Counted from the first letter of the stretch, positions 18,078 through 29,347 are shown. The stretch: DNA of 64,000 nucleotides from Bacilli bacterium (GCA_017553685.1 JAFZKH010000002.1:44141-108140); one strand, 5' to 3'. The notes: generated by a model not told the origin, from the sequence alone. Numbers and translations: made by a program.

Positions 18078-19166
18078 ATGAAAAAAGTTTTAGTTGTTGG
18101 ATTTACTGAGAATCCTGGTGGAATAGAAAATGTTGTTATGAATTATTATAGAAACTTTGATAGAAAAGAAGTTCAATTAGACTTCTTATATTCAACAGAT
18201 TCTATAGCATTTGAAAAAGAAATTAATGATATGGGCGGTAAAACATATCATATATGTTCTAAACATTCAAATATGTTTAAGCATAAAAAAGAATTAAAAG
18301 AATTCTTTAAAGAACATGCAAATGAATATAGTTCTATTTGGGTAAACTTTTGTAATATAACAAACTTAGATTATTTTAAATTAGCTAAAAAATATGGAAT
18401 AAATAAGAGAATTATACATGCGCATAATTCTCAAAATATGGGTTCTAAATTAAAAGGAATACTTCATAAGATCAATAAACTATTTATTGCATCTTATGCT
18501 ACTGATTATTGGTCATGTTCTGATGATGCAAGTGATTGGTTCTATACTAAAAAAATAAGAGATAAAGTTTTAGTAGTTAAAAACTCTATTGATTTAGATA
18601 GATTTAAATATGATTCTAATACTGATAAAAAATACAGAAAAGAATTAAATACTGAAAATAAATTTGTTATAGGTAATGTTGGTAGATTACATTTTCAAAA
18701 AAATCAAATGTTTTTACTAGATGTATTTAATGAAATTAAAAAAGTTGAACCTAATGCAGAACTATTATTAGTTGGTGAAGGCGAAGATAGAGAAAAGATT
18801 ACTAATAAGATAAATGAACTAGGTCTTAATGATTCAGTTCAAATGCTTGGTGCTAGAGATGATGTGCCTGCATTAATGAGTTCAATGGATGTATTCTTAT
18901 TTCCGTCAGTATTTGAAGGATTAGGATTAGTTTTAGTTGAAGCAGAAGCAATAGGATTACCTATAGTAGCAGCTTCAGATGATATTCCACATGAAGTTAA
19001 AATGTCATCTAATTTTACATTTGTATCATTAAATGACTCATTAGATAAATGGAGAGATGAAGTATTAAAGTTTAAAAATACTAAGAAAGAAGATAATACT
19101 AAATCACTTCAAGAAAATGGATATGATATTAAATTAGAGGTTAAAAAAATACAAGAATTATTATAG
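18078..19166 (+). CDS. Family 4 (GT-B) glycosyltransferase
   Basis: FEGLGLVLVEAEAIGLP is a GT4 motif. It is a paralog of the upstream gene. Confidence 0.8.
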   Translation: MKKVLVVGFTENPGGIENVVMNYYRNFDRKEVQLDFLYSTDSIAFEKEINDMGGKTYHICSKHSNMFKHKKELKEFFKEHANEYSSIWVNFCNITNLDYFKLAKKYGINKRIIHAHNSQNMGSKLKGILHKINKLFIASYATDYWSCSDDASDWFYTKKIRDKVLVVKNSIDLDRFKYDSNTDKKYRKELNTENKFVIGNVGRLHFQKNQMFLLDVFNEIKKVEPNAELLLVGEGEDREKITNKINELGLNDSVQMLGARDDVPALMSSMDVFLFPSVFEGLGLVLVEAEAIGLPIVAASDDIPHEVKMSSNFTFVSLNDSLDKWRDEVLKFKNTKKEDNTKSLQENGYDIKLEVKKIQELL

Positions 19167-19174
19167 GAGGATAT

Positions 19175-20242
19175 ATGAGATATTTTGTTATAGAAGGAAC
19201 ACCTAATGGTGAATATAATGCTACTAATAAAGCAAGAGAAGACGTTGAAACAATTCTTACAAAAAATGGTGTAAAACCATTATATATATCATCTATAAAT
19301 GGTATTCAAACTAATAAGTTAATGAAATGGAAACAATTTTTTGCTTATAGAAAGAATACTAAGATATGGGATAAAGATTTGAGTAGTATGAATAAAGGGG
19401 ATATTGTGTTTATTCAATATCCATTAACAAATACTACTACTAATCTTGATAAAGTAATTAATAAATATAAAGAAAAAGGTGTTATATTTGTTGCTATAAT
19501 TCATGATATGGATTCTTTAAGATATAAACCTGAAGTACAAGGTAATATGCTTTGTAAAAGAGTTACTAAAGAAGATAAAGTTTATCTTAATGCAATGAAT
19601 TATGTAATTTGTCATAATTCATCAATGAAGAATGAATTAGTTAAATTAGGTAATAGTGAAGATAAACTTATTACGCTTGAATTATTTGATTATATTTTAG
19701 ATTTTGAACCAAAGAAGTTTAAAAGAACAAAGAATGATCCTGTAATTATAGCAGGAAATTTGTCACCTTTTAAAGCTAAATATTTAGCATCTTTAAAAGA
19801 TCTTGGCGTTAACTTTAATTTATTTGGAGTAGGTTATACTGATGAAATGGGTGGACCTACAATTAACTATAAAGGTAAGTTTAAACCAGATGAGTTATTA
19901 AACCATTTAGAGGGTGGTTTTGGCCTTGTTTGGGATGGTGAAACAATTGATACATGCAGGGGAGGATTTGGCGATTATTTAAGATATAATAACCCCCATA
20001 AAGTGTCATTATATCTAACTGCAGGAATACCTGTTATTGTATGGAAAGAATCAGCCTTAGCTAGTTTCATAACAAAGAATAAACTAGGTATTGTAGTATC
20101 AAGTTTAAATGAAATAAAAGAAAAAATAGAGAAGTTATCTGATAAAGAATATGATGAAATGTTAAAGAATATTTCTAAAGTATCTTCAAAAACTAAAAAT
20201 GGAGGATTCTTAACAGATGCTATTAATAAAGTAAAGGAGTAA
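19175..20242 (+). CDS. Putative beta-1,6-galactofuranosyltransferase (WbbI-like)
   Basis: The N-terminal pattern (...AREDVETIL...IIHDMDSLRY) resembles WbbI-family Galf transferases, and glf lies in the same operon. Confidence 0.5.
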   Translation: MRYFVIEGTPNGEYNATNKAREDVETILTKNGVKPLYISSINGIQTNKLMKWKQFFAYRKNTKIWDKDLSSMNKGDIVFIQYPLTNTTTNLDKVINKYKEKGVIFVAIIHDMDSLRYKPEVQGNMLCKRVTKEDKVYLNAMNYVICHNSSMKNELVKLGNSEDKLITLELFDYILDFEPKKFKRTKNDPVIIAGNLSPFKAKYLASLKDLGVNFNLFGVGYTDEMGGPTINYKGKFKPDELLNHLEGGFGLVWDGETIDTCRGGFGDYLRYNNPHKVSLYLTAGIPVIVWKESALASFITKNKLGIVVSSLNEIKEKIEKLSDKEYDEMLKNISKVSSKTKNGGFLTDAINKVKE

Positions 20243-20243
20243 G

Positions 20244-21584
20244 ATGATGATTTATTTACTTGCGATATTATTATTACTAATATTTGTTGGAAGTATATTT
20301 GCTAATAGAAAAGATATATCTGCACCAGCAGTTGTATTCTCATTTGGATTTGCATTTCAAGCTTTTTGGGCAGTTTTATATCATAAAGCATGGAGATTGG
20401 ATTTACATTTAAATACTTTCTTAGTTTTATTCTTAGGTGTATTAGAATTCTTCTTAGTAACTATGCTTGTTAAGTTTATTGCTAACAAGATTAAACCAAG
20501 AGAATATAAAACTAAACCATTTGTAATGCAAGAAGTTAAAACTAATAAAGTATTTGAATGGATATATTTAGGTGTATCAATATTAATTTCATTAGTATAT
20601 TTATACTACTTAGTTAGAGCAGTAAATGGTACATTTACTAGCATAAAATCTATTATGCAAGCTATATCAGATTATGATATATATTTAAAATTCTCAGATG
20701 AATTTGATAATGATATTCCATTTATTATTAAGAACTTAAATTTAGCAGTTATATATTCTGGATATTGGTTCTTATATGTAATAATTAATAATTACTTTTA
20801 CAATAAAAAGATTAGATTAGTACAAATATTAGTATTTGTTTCTGCTTTATGTGCAGCATTAATATCTGGATCTAGAACTCCAGTTATTATGATGGCAATA
20901 GCAGGTGTTTGTTATTATTTAATACTATTATTTAAAAAGAAAAGTTATAAGAACTTATTTACTAAAAAAATGTTTATATATATGCTTATTCTTGGAGTGG
21001 CTGCTATTGGACTTTTCTTTCCAACAGCTAAGCTTTTAGGAAGAAAAACTGATTCAAAACCACTTGATTATTTATCAATATATTGTGGTGCTGAAGTTAA
21101 AAATTTAGATACTTATCTTCAAGAAAGAAGATATTTATATAAATATGAAACTTATGGAAGTCAAACAATGTATAATGTTATACAATTTGCTTCTGAAAAA
21201 CTACATATAAAAGGTTTAAAAGCATATAGATTAGACCTTCCATTTAGAAAAGTAGATAATATTGATTTAGGTAATGTTTATACAACATTTTATGCATATA
21301 TTTATGACTTTGGTTATGTTGGATTATTTATATTTGTATTTATAATGGCAGCAATATGTGCATCATTATATGAATATATTATAAGAATAAGAAAACTAGA
21401 TAAACCAAAATTAAGTGTACTAGTTTATGGAGTATTCTTCGGTTGTTTAATACTATCATTCTTTAGTAATAAATTTTATGAAGAATTATTCTCACCAGTA
21501 TTTATTAAAAAGATAATTACTTGGATTGCATGTTCACTAGTTTTTTGTCATTTAGATCTAAAAAAGATCTTTAAAAGAAATTAA
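20244..21584 (+). CDS. Putative Wzy-like polysaccharide polymerase (EpsG-like polytopic membrane protein)
   Basis: About 11 TM helices with no soluble domains, located between glycosyltransferases and a flippase. Confidence 0.5.
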   Translation: MMIYLLAILLLLIFVGSIFANRKDISAPAVVFSFGFAFQAFWAVLYHKAWRLDLHLNTFLVLFLGVLEFFLVTMLVKFIANKIKPREYKTKPFVMQEVKTNKVFEWIYLGVSILISLVYLYYLVRAVNGTFTSIKSIMQAISDYDIYLKFSDEFDNDIPFIIKNLNLAVIYSGYWFLYVIINNYFYNKKIRLVQILVFVSALCAALISGSRTPVIMMAIAGVCYYLILLFKKKSYKNLFTKKMFIYMLILGVAAIGLFFPTAKLLGRKTDSKPLDYLSIYCGAEVKNLDTYLQERRYLYKYETYGSQTMYNVIQFASEKLHIKGLKAYRLDLPFRKVDNIDLGNVYTTFYAYIYDFGYVGLFIFVFIMAAICASLYEYIIRIRKLDKPKLSVLVYGVFFGCLILSFFSNKFYEELFSPVFIKKIITWIACSLVFCHLDLKKIFKRN

Positions 21585-21602
21585 ATCTATAAAGGAGTAG
21601 AA

Positions 21603-23057
21603 ATGAAGAAACCTAATGTAAAAAAGAATTACATTTACAATTTGATATATCAAGTAGTAGCAATTATTCTTCCAATAATTTCTACTCCTTATATATCTAA
21701 AGTACTAGGTGCTAAAAATATTGGTATATATGGTTATACTTTATCTATATCTGCTTATTTCGTATTGGCAGGTACACTTGGTATGACTTTATATGGTCAA
21801 AGAGAAATAGCTTATTTACAAAAAGATAAAGAAAAATATAGTAAGGTATTCTTTGAAGTATTTTTCTTAAAACTAATTGTAATGAGTTTATCAGCATTAG
21901 TATTTTTTATATTCTTTGTAAAGGGTAATAATCATTATAATTTATTTTATAAAATTCTTTTATTAGAATTACTTGCTAATGCACTGGATGTTAGTTGGTT
22001 CTTCCAAGGATTAGAAGAATTTAAGAAAACCGTTATTAGAAATTTAATAGTAAAAATAGTAAGTGTTGCTTGTATATTTATATTTGTTAAAGAAAAGACA
22101 GATTTACCAATATATTTCTTAATATATGTACTTTCTATATTAGTAGGAAACTTAACATTATGGATATCTGTCCCTAAATATGTTTGCAAAACTAAAGTTG
22201 AGTTTAAAAATATATTTAGACATTTACCACCAACATTTATTATGTTTATACCTCAAGTAGCTATTCAGGTATATACTGTACTAGATAGAACTATGATAGG
22301 TAGAATAATAGAAGATAAGACACAAGTTGGTTATTATACTCAAGGTGAGAATCTTATTAAATTATTATTAACTATTATTACATCTCTTGGAACAGTAATG
22401 CTTCCAAGAATAGCAAGTTCATTTGCAGAAAAGAATTATGATAAGATTAGAGATTATATTTATAAAGCATTTAATTTAGTATTTTTACTATCATTTCCAA
22501 TGATAGCAGGAATAGTATTAGTAGCAGATATATTTGTTCCAAAATTCTTTGGACCAGGTTATGATGGAGTTGCTATTATAATGAAAGTTATATCTCCAAT
22601 ATTATTATTTATTGGTATGAGTAATGTAATAGGTATGCAATATTTATTACCAACTAAAAGGCAAAAAGAATTTACTACATCAGTTATAGTAGGAGCTTGT
22701 GTTAACTTTGTTATTAATTTAATTCTTATTAGAAAATATGCAGCAGTAGGAGCAGCAATAGGAACTGTTATTGCTGAAGCAATGGTTACACTTGTTCAAA
22801 TGATATTTGTAAGAAAAGATTTAAAGATTATTCATATATTTAAAATTGGAATTCACTATGTACTTCCAACAGTTATAATGACTGTATGTTGTTTCTTACT
22901 TAAAAGACAAGTTGGAACATCTGCTAAAGCAATTGTATTAATTGCAGGCTTTGGTGTATTTGTTTATGGAATATGTTTATTATTCTTTAAGAATCAATTC
23001 GTAATGGATACATTAAATAGTTTAATTAATAGATTTAAAAAGATCATCAAAAAATAG
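21603..23057 (+). CDS. Wzx-type flippase (second copy)
   Basis: Fourteen TM helices and an N-terminus (IYQVVAIILPIISTPYISKVLG) typical of polysaccharide biosynthesis flippases. Confidence 0.75.
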   Translation: MKKPNVKKNYIYNLIYQVVAIILPIISTPYISKVLGAKNIGIYGYTLSISAYFVLAGTLGMTLYGQREIAYLQKDKEKYSKVFFEVFFLKLIVMSLSALVFFIFFVKGNNHYNLFYKILLLELLANALDVSWFFQGLEEFKKTVIRNLIVKIVSVACIFIFVKEKTDLPIYFLIYVLSILVGNLTLWISVPKYVCKTKVEFKNIFRHLPPTFIMFIPQVAIQVYTVLDRTMIGRIIEDKTQVGYYTQGENLIKLLLTIITSLGTVMLPRIASSFAEKNYDKIRDYIYKAFNLVFLLSFPMIAGIVLVADIFVPKFFGPGYDGVAIIMKVISPILLFIGMSNVIGMQYLLPTKRQKEFTTSVIVGACVNFVINLILIRKYAAVGAAIGTVIAEAMVTLVQMIFVRKDLKIIHIFKIGIHYVLPTVIMTVCCFLLKRQVGTSAKAIVLIAGFGVFVYGICLLFFKNQFVMDTLNSLINRFKKIIKK

Positions 23058-23068
23058 GAGGTAGTTTT

Positions 23069-24163
23069 ATGTATGATTATTTAATAGTAGGAGCTGGTTT
23101 ATTTGGTGCTACTTGTGCTAATTTACTTGCTAAAAAAGGTAAAAAGGTATTAGTAATTGATAGAAGAAATCATATTGCTGGTAATGTTTATACCGAAAAA
23201 GTTGAAGGTATTAATGTTCATAAATATGGAGCACATATTTTCCATACTGATTATAAAGATGTATGGGATTATGTTAATTCATTTGTAGAATTTAATAGAT
23301 ATACTAATTCACCAATTGCTAGAATTGGTAATGAAGTATATAACATGCCATTTAATATGAATACATTTTCTAAAATATGGGATGATGTATTTACTCCAGA
23401 AGATGCAATGAGACATATAAATGAAGAAAAGAAAGAAATAACTGGTGAACCAAAGAATCTTGAAGAACAAGCTATTTCTTTAGTAGGTAGATCTATTTAT
23501 GAAAAACTAATTAAAGGTTATACTGAAAAACAATGGAATAGAGATTGTAAAGATCTTCCTGCGTTTATTATTAAGAGATTACCTGTAAGACTTATCTATG
23601 ATAATAATTACTTTAATGATAGATATCAAGGTATTCCTATGGGAGGATATACTCTTTTAGTAGAAAAGATGTTAGAAGGCATAGAAGTAAGATTAAACAC
23701 AAACTTCTTTGATAATAAAGAAGAACTTATGTCTTTAGCAGATAAAGTTATTTATACAGGACCAATTGATGAATACTTTGATTATTCTCTTGGTAAACTT
23801 GAATATAGATCACTTAAATTTGATACTAAGATTTTAGATCAAGTTAATTATCAAGGAAATGCAGTAGTTAACTATACTGGTCATGAAGTTGAATATACAA
23901 GAGTAATTGAACATAAACACTTTGAATTTGATTCAACTAGTCCAAAGACAGTTGTAACATTCGAATATCCATCTGACTATGAAGAAGGAATGGAAAAATA
24001 TTATACAATTAATGATGATAAGAATAATGCATTAGCAGAACAATATAGAGAACTTGCATCAAAAGAAGAAAAGACAATCTTCGGTGGAAGACTTGCTGAA
24101 TACAAGTATTATGATATGGACGATGTAATAAAATCAGCATTTGATTGTGTAGAAAAACTTTAA
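23069..24163 (+). CDS. glf: UDP-galactopyranose mutase
   Basis: YDYLIVGAGLFGA FAD-binding motif; about 364 aa; the whole sequence is typical of Glf. Confidence 0.9.
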   Translation: MYDYLIVGAGLFGATCANLLAKKGKKVLVIDRRNHIAGNVYTEKVEGINVHKYGAHIFHTDYKDVWDYVNSFVEFNRYTNSPIARIGNEVYNMPFNMNTFSKIWDDVFTPEDAMRHINEEKKEITGEPKNLEEQAISLVGRSIYEKLIKGYTEKQWNRDCKDLPAFIIKRLPVRLIYDNNYFNDRYQGIPMGGYTLLVEKMLEGIEVRLNTNFFDNKEELMSLADKVIYTGPIDEYFDYSLGKLEYRSLKFDTKILDQVNYQGNAVVNYTGHEVEYTRVIEHKHFEFDSTSPKTVVTFEYPSDYEEGMEKYYTINDDKNNALAEQYRELASKEEKTIFGGRLAEYKYYDMDDVIKSAFDCVEKL

Positions 24164-24169
24164 TAATAA

Positions 24170-24197
24170 AAAGCCCTTAAGCCGGGCTTTTTTTTGT
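24170..24197 (+). terminator. Rho-independent terminator
   Basis: AGCCC-TTAAGCC-GGGCT followed by T8. Confidence 0.6.
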
Positions 24198-24251
24198 TTG
24201 CTATCTTTACATAGATTTGAATATATTATAAAATTTATATAGGTGAATCGT

Positions 24252-25331
24252 ATGGGTAAAGATATTAGTAGTAATAAAGAAAAAACAATTATTTATAGTT
24301 TTTATGCAATTAGATTTTTGTTTTTTGCTTTTATATTTATTCATCATACTGCAAAACTAGTTAGAATACCTATAATAGACCAATCTGGTTTGGCTGTATC
24401 AGGTTTTCTAATAATGAGTGGATTCTTATGTGGATATCTTTATATAAATAAATACAATAAAATAAAAATTAAAGAAATGTTTGAATTTACTTTTAAAAGA
24501 TTTAAAAAATTCTATCCACTACATGTATTAACTTTAATTTTATCAATAGGTTTATTTGGTTATTTTAATATATCAACAATGCCAGCATTGTTTGATTTTA
24601 TAAAAAAGTTTTTGACAAATCTATTTCTAGTACAAAGTTGGATACATAATATGGATTATTACTACTCATTTAATGGAGTTGTATGGTTTTTAAGCTCATA
24701 TTTATTTTTAACTTTTCTAACAATTCCAATATTAAGGTTAGTGACATATATTAATAAAAAGAAGCATTCAAATATATATTGTATTTTACTAATCATAGTA
24801 ATGTTTATTATGCATATGTTATGGTCGTATTTCATTGTAAAAAACAATCATGATCAAAGATATTGGCTTTATGTATTTCCACCTTCTAGAATATTTGAAT
24901 ATGTAATTGGAATTCTTCTTGGAAATCTAGTTGTAAAGTTGAATCATAATTATAAAAATGAAAAGTCTATATTTACTATACTTGAAGTTTTATCAATCAT
25001 TATAGTATGTGCTTTTTGCTTTTTAGTTTCTGATTCATCATTTTTAACAATTTGGTCTTCTAAATGGGTTATTCCATTAATATTCTTTATAGGAATTTTT
25101 GGATTTCAAAAAGGATATATTAGTAAGTTTATTAGTTTAAAACCATTTGTTACATTGGGATCAGCATCTATGGTTATGTTTATAATTCATCAAGTTGTTG
25201 TAACATATGTATTATTTATTAATAGAAATCCTGCACATAAAAGACTTATGGCACTATATATGTTTATAGTAACTATAATTATTAGTTTATTAATTGAACG
25301 TTTAAGAAATAATAAAAACCATCAAAATTGA
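24252..25331 (+). CDS. Membrane O-acyltransferase (acyltransferase 3 family), second copy
   Basis: FYAIRFLFFAFIFIHH plus polytopic topology. AGGTGA SD lies 6 nt before the ATG at 24252; the listed start at 24243 is GTG. Confidence 0.75.
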   Translation: MGKDISSNKEKTIIYSFYAIRFLFFAFIFIHHTAKLVRIPIIDQSGLAVSGFLIMSGFLCGYLYINKYNKIKIKEMFEFTFKRFKKFYPLHVLTLILSIGLFGYFNISTMPALFDFIKKFLTNLFLVQSWIHNMDYYYSFNGVVWFLSSYLFLTFLTIPILRLVTYINKKKHSNIYCILLIIVMFIMHMLWSYFIVKNNHDQRYWLYVFPPSRIFEYVIGILLGNLVVKLNHNYKNEKSIFTILEVLSIIIVCAFCFLVSDSSFLTIWSSKWVIPLIFFIGIFGFQKGYISKFISLKPFVTLGSASMVMFIIHQVVVTYVLFINRNPAHKRLMALYMFIVTIIISLLIERLRNNKNHQN

Positions 25332-25420
25332 TGGCTTTTTATTTTACACTTCTATACTTTGATAGGTTGAATGATATATCATTTTTTGATATAATCAAAT
25401 ATACAAAGGATAGGTGTTAT

Positions 25421-26482
25421 ATGAATAGATCAAGGAAGAGAAGAATCTCTAAGAAAAAAGTATTTTTATTAATCTTGATAATCATATTACTTGTTGGTGC
25501 TGGTGTTTGTTTATGGAAATTTGTTATAAATAAAGGTAGTGCTCCAAAAGGTAAGAAGATAACAGCTAAGTTAGAAGAAAAAGTAGATATAGTAGATATA
25601 GAATCTAAATCTAGACCATTTGCTATATCAATTAATAATACTCCTGTAGCAGTTAAAGTACAGGAAGGATTAAATAAAGCATTTTTAATTTATGAAATAC
25701 CTACTGAAGGAAGTACTGCTAGATTAATTGCAGTATTTAAAGATGTAGAAGATACTAAAGTAGGTACTATTCGTAGTGCTAGACATAATATGTTAGATTT
25801 CTCATATGAATCTGATGCAATATTTGTTGCTTTTGGATGGAGTCATTATGCTAAAGATGATATGAGTGGAAGTCATTTAATAGATTATGTACAAGGTATT
25901 GTAGGAGAAGGTGGTATGTGGAGAGATAATCCAGAAAACCTAGACTCTGAACATACTGTATATTTACAAACAGAAACAGTTAAAAATTATGCTAAAGATA
26001 GTAAAGGATACGCATTAGAAAGTGCTAGTGCTTCTGATACAATATTACTTAACTATAATGTAATAGATGTAGATTTAAGTGATAAAGAAGGTGCAATGGT
26101 TGCTAATCATGTATCAATTGATTATGGATCAGTAACTAATGATTTTAATTATGATGCTGATACTGGTATGTATACTAGAATAGTTAATGATAGAGTAGCA
26201 GTAGATCATAATACTAAAGAACCATTTACTACTAAAAATATAATAGTTCAAAAAATTAAATATAATAGAGCAGATGATGGTTATTATTGGAATTTACATA
26301 CAGTAGATTCTGGTGAAGGTTATTATATAACTAATGGATATGCTATTCCAATTAAATGGAGCAAATCTGATAGAAAAGCAAAAACTAAATTTACTAAATT
26401 AGATGGTGAAGAACTAGAAGTATCTGATGGAAGAACATATATTGAAGTACAAGTTGCTTCTAGAGATACAACAATAGAATAG
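25421..26482 (+). CDS. DUF3048 (YerB-like) membrane-anchored extracytoplasmic protein
   Basis: Signal anchor, then SRPFAISINN...EGSTARLIAVF, the pattern of DUF3048. Confidence 0.6.
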   Translation: MNRSRKRRISKKKVFLLILIIILLVGAGVCLWKFVINKGSAPKGKKITAKLEEKVDIVDIESKSRPFAISINNTPVAVKVQEGLNKAFLIYEIPTEGSTARLIAVFKDVEDTKVGTIRSARHNMLDFSYESDAIFVAFGWSHYAKDDMSGSHLIDYVQGIVGEGGMWRDNPENLDSEHTVYLQTETVKNYAKDSKGYALESASASDTILLNYNVIDVDLSDKEGAMVANHVSIDYGSVTNDFNYDADTGMYTRIVNDRVAVDHNTKEPFTTKNIIVQKIKYNRADDGYYWNLHTVDSGEGYYITNGYAIPIKWSKSDRKAKTKFTKLDGEELEVSDGRTYIEVQVASRDTTIE

Positions 26483-26491
26483 GAGTTTAAC

Positions 26492-28003
26492 ATGAAAAAG
26501 AAAGAGAATAAAAAACCAACCAAGGATAAGAATAAGAGAAGTAAAAAGGTTGTTAGTAGAATTATAAATATATTATCTATTATAGTATTAGGAGTATTCC
26601 TATACTATATGTATAAATCTGATTTATTTCCTATTAAATATTTTAGAATAGCTGCTATTACATTAATAGCATTAGAAATAATATATACATTACTTTGTAT
26701 TAATAAGAAAAGATCAGGTGTAATACTTAAAATATTTAATGTATTTGCAATACTGTTTATATTAGTAGAAGCCGCAGCTTTCTATTATGTATATAGAACA
26801 ATTACATTCCTAGATACAAATTTAGGTAAGAATTATGAATTTGATGAATATTATGTAATTGCTAATGTATCATCTGAAATAAAAGATATAAAAGAAGCTG
26901 ATGGTGGAGAAATATTCTATTATGTAGATACAGAACACTATAATGAATTAAAAGCTACACTTAAGAAGAAAACAACTGCTAAAATAGCTAAAACTGATAC
27001 ATTAGATGAATCATTAATGAAACTTAGTTATCCTGAAAATTTAGTTATATTAAATGCAGGTACATATCAATCTATAACTACTAATGATGAAACATATGCA
27101 TCATATTTAAAAATAGTAGATACTATTAAATTTAGAATTAAAAAAGAAAAAGCAAAGACTCCTGATATTGATATTACTAATACACCATTTACTATATTCC
27201 TTAGTGGTATAGATACTAGAGGTGGTTCTTTAGTTAAAAGAAGTTTATCAGATGTTAACATGGTAATAGTAGTTAATCCAAATACTAGAACTATATTACT
27301 TGTTAGTATTCCAAGAGATTCATATGTACAATTACATGGAACTACTGGTAGAAAAGATAAGTTAACACATGCTGGAAGTTTAGGTGGTGTAGAACTATCT
27401 AAAGCTACAGTAGAAGATATGTTAGATATTAAGACAGATTACTATGTTAGAGCAAACTTCCAAGCAGTTATGAACTTAGTTGATGCTGTTGGTGGAGTAA
27501 CAGTTTATGAAGATGCAACAGATAGAAGATTCTCATGTTGGACAGATAGAAGATGTTGGATTGAACCAGGAGAAAATAATCTTAATGGACAATGTGCTTT
27601 AGCATTTGCTAGAGAAAGATATGAATACTGGGATGGAGATATGCAAAGAAATAGAAACCAACAAAAAGTTTTAAAAGCTATTGTTGATAAAATGACTTCA
27701 TCTACAACATTAATTGTTAATTATAGTAGTATTTTAAAATCATTAGATGGAACATTTGAAACATCTATGTCAACAGAAGAAATAACTTCACTTGTTAAAT
27801 TCCAAATAAATGATATGAGAGGTTGGACATTTAAATCTCAAAACATAACTGGTGGAACTGGTAGAGAACAAACTTACTCTGGAGGATCTACACCATTATC
27901 AGTTGTATATCCTAGTCAAAAGACTATTAACGAAGCAAAAGATGCTATAGCAAAAGTTCTTGCTGGTGAGTCTCTTGATGAAGAAGAAACTACTGAAGAA
28001 TAA
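26492..28003 (+). CDS. LCP (LytR-CpsA-Psr) family glycopolymer-peptidoglycan ligase
   Basis: TM anchor plus the LCP core (RSLSDVNMVIVVNPNTRTILLVSIPRDSYV...GGV). Confidence 0.85.
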   Translation: MKKKENKKPTKDKNKRSKKVVSRIINILSIIVLGVFLYYMYKSDLFPIKYFRIAAITLIALEIIYTLLCINKKRSGVILKIFNVFAILFILVEAAAFYYVYRTITFLDTNLGKNYEFDEYYVIANVSSEIKDIKEADGGEIFYYVDTEHYNELKATLKKKTTAKIAKTDTLDESLMKLSYPENLVILNAGTYQSITTNDETYASYLKIVDTIKFRIKKEKAKTPDIDITNTPFTIFLSGIDTRGGSLVKRSLSDVNMVIVVNPNTRTILLVSIPRDSYVQLHGTTGRKDKLTHAGSLGGVELSKATVEDMLDIKTDYYVRANFQAVMNLVDAVGGVTVYEDATDRRFSCWTDRRCWIEPGENNLNGQCALAFARERYEYWDGDMQRNRNQQKVLKAIVDKMTSSTTLIVNYSSILKSLDGTFETSMSTEEITSLVKFQINDMRGWTFKSQNITGGTGREQTYSGGSTPLSVVYPSQKTINEAKDAIAKVLAGESLDEEETTEE

Positions 28004-28077
28004 TAAATAAAAAGTTTTACAATTTGTAAAACTTTTTTTATTTGTTTCATGATATAATGAAAGTAGGAGGTACTCTT

Positions 28078-29235
28078 ATGAAAAAGAAGAAAATATTAGA
28101 TATTATTGTAATGGTATTTTTAATATTAAATCCATTAATAGATTTATTTGGATGTTTTCAAGATAAGTATCTAAATATTCCTGTTTCAATTAATTATATT
28201 ATCAGAGGATTATTTTTCCTAGGAATATTTATCTACTTATTTACTAAGAAAGATAATAGAAAGATGTTAATAGTATTTTTAGTATATTTCTTACTAGCTA
28301 TATCATCGTATTTTATGAGAGGTTTAAATCTATATGAAGAGTTAGTAAATATATTAAAGATATTCTATTTACCTATAATGATGATATTCTTTGCTAAATA
28401 TAGAAATGAATATATAAATGATAGATTTATATTAGATACTTATTTCTTATATATAGTTACATTTATTATCATGTATATATTTAAAGTTAATAAAGATTAT
28501 TTAAATACTATTGGTGTTATATTAGTAGGTCTTCTTCCTATAACACTTAACTATGTTATAGAAAGTAAGAACTATATATTAAAAGTAGTATTTGGTTTAG
28601 CATTAGCTCTTAGTATTTATTTAATTAGTACTAAATTAATAGTACTTGGAGTATTCTTAGTAACACTATGTACTTTATTTGGTAAATATAAATATGAATT
28701 TATTTATAATGGTTTTAAAAAGAAATTAAAAGTATTATTAATATTCTTAGCATTTATTGGAGTATTTGCATTACTAGTTAGATTTTCACCATTCTATACT
28801 AATGTTAAAACTCAAATAATAGGACTAAATATTCATAGTTTTAAAGATGTATATAAACTAAGAACAATTGATAGATTTGTATTCTCTGGTGGTATTTCTA
28901 GAGTAGATAATGTTATGGGACCACTTTTAAAACATGGTTATAATAATATTATGTATGGTATTGGTAAAACAGGTATAGTTAAATATACAGGTATAGATAT
29001 ATTTGATATATTTGCTACTACTGGATTATTTGGTGGAGTAATATTTATTATTATGTTTAGTTTCATTCATAGAAGAACTGAACTTAAGAAAGTATATTAT
29101 TTCTCATATTTAGTATTTGTTATTACATCTATATTTATTGGATCAGTATTAATATATCCATCAATATCGTTAATAATGTCTACATTATATTTAGTTTCTT
29201 ATAATTCAAATGATTTTATTAAAAATAAGAAATAA
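28078..29235 (+). CDS. Polytopic membrane protein, possibly O-antigen-ligase-like
   Basis: About 10 TM helices. The AGGAGG SD precedes the ATG at 28078. Only weak Wzy_C-like features. Confidence 0.4.
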   Translation: MKKKKILDIIVMVFLILNPLIDLFGCFQDKYLNIPVSINYIIRGLFFLGIFIYLFTKKDNRKMLIVFLVYFLLAISSYFMRGLNLYEELVNILKIFYLPIMMIFFAKYRNEYINDRFILDTYFLYIVTFIIMYIFKVNKDYLNTIGVILVGLLPITLNYVIESKNYILKVVFGLALALSIYLISTKLIVLGVFLVTLCTLFGKYKYEFIYNGFKKKLKVLLIFLAFIGVFALLVRFSPFYTNVKTQIIGLNIHSFKDVYKLRTIDRFVFSGGISRVDNVMGPLLKHGYNNIMYGIGKTGIVKYTGIDIFDIFATTGLFGGVIFIIMFSFIHRRTELKKVYYFSYLVFVITSIFIGSVLIYPSISLIMSTLYLVSYNSNDFIKNKK

Positions 29236-29290
29236 AACACTTTATTTTATTAAATATATTTGTTAAAATGTTATATACAAGAAAAGAATC

Positions 29291-29325
29291 TAAACATGAC
29301 TTTTTGTCATGTTTAGTTTTGTCTT
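29291..29325 (+). terminator. Perfect 11-bp inverted repeat (CTAAACATGAC-TTTTT-GTCATGTTTAG) plus T-rich tail
   Basis: Seen directly in the sequence. It could act as a terminator or as an operator. Confidence 0.45.
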
Positions 29326-29347
29326 ACATAAAAATCAGGAGGGTATT

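Noticed and set aside
21947-22189. Minus-strand 80-aa ORF inside the second flippase
   Set aside because: Antisense overlap. No independent support.
24662-24847. Small minus-strand ORFs inside acyltransferase, DUF3048 and LCP genes (24662-24847, 26323-26523, 27067-27261)
   Set aside because: All are antisense to confident + strand CDSs.
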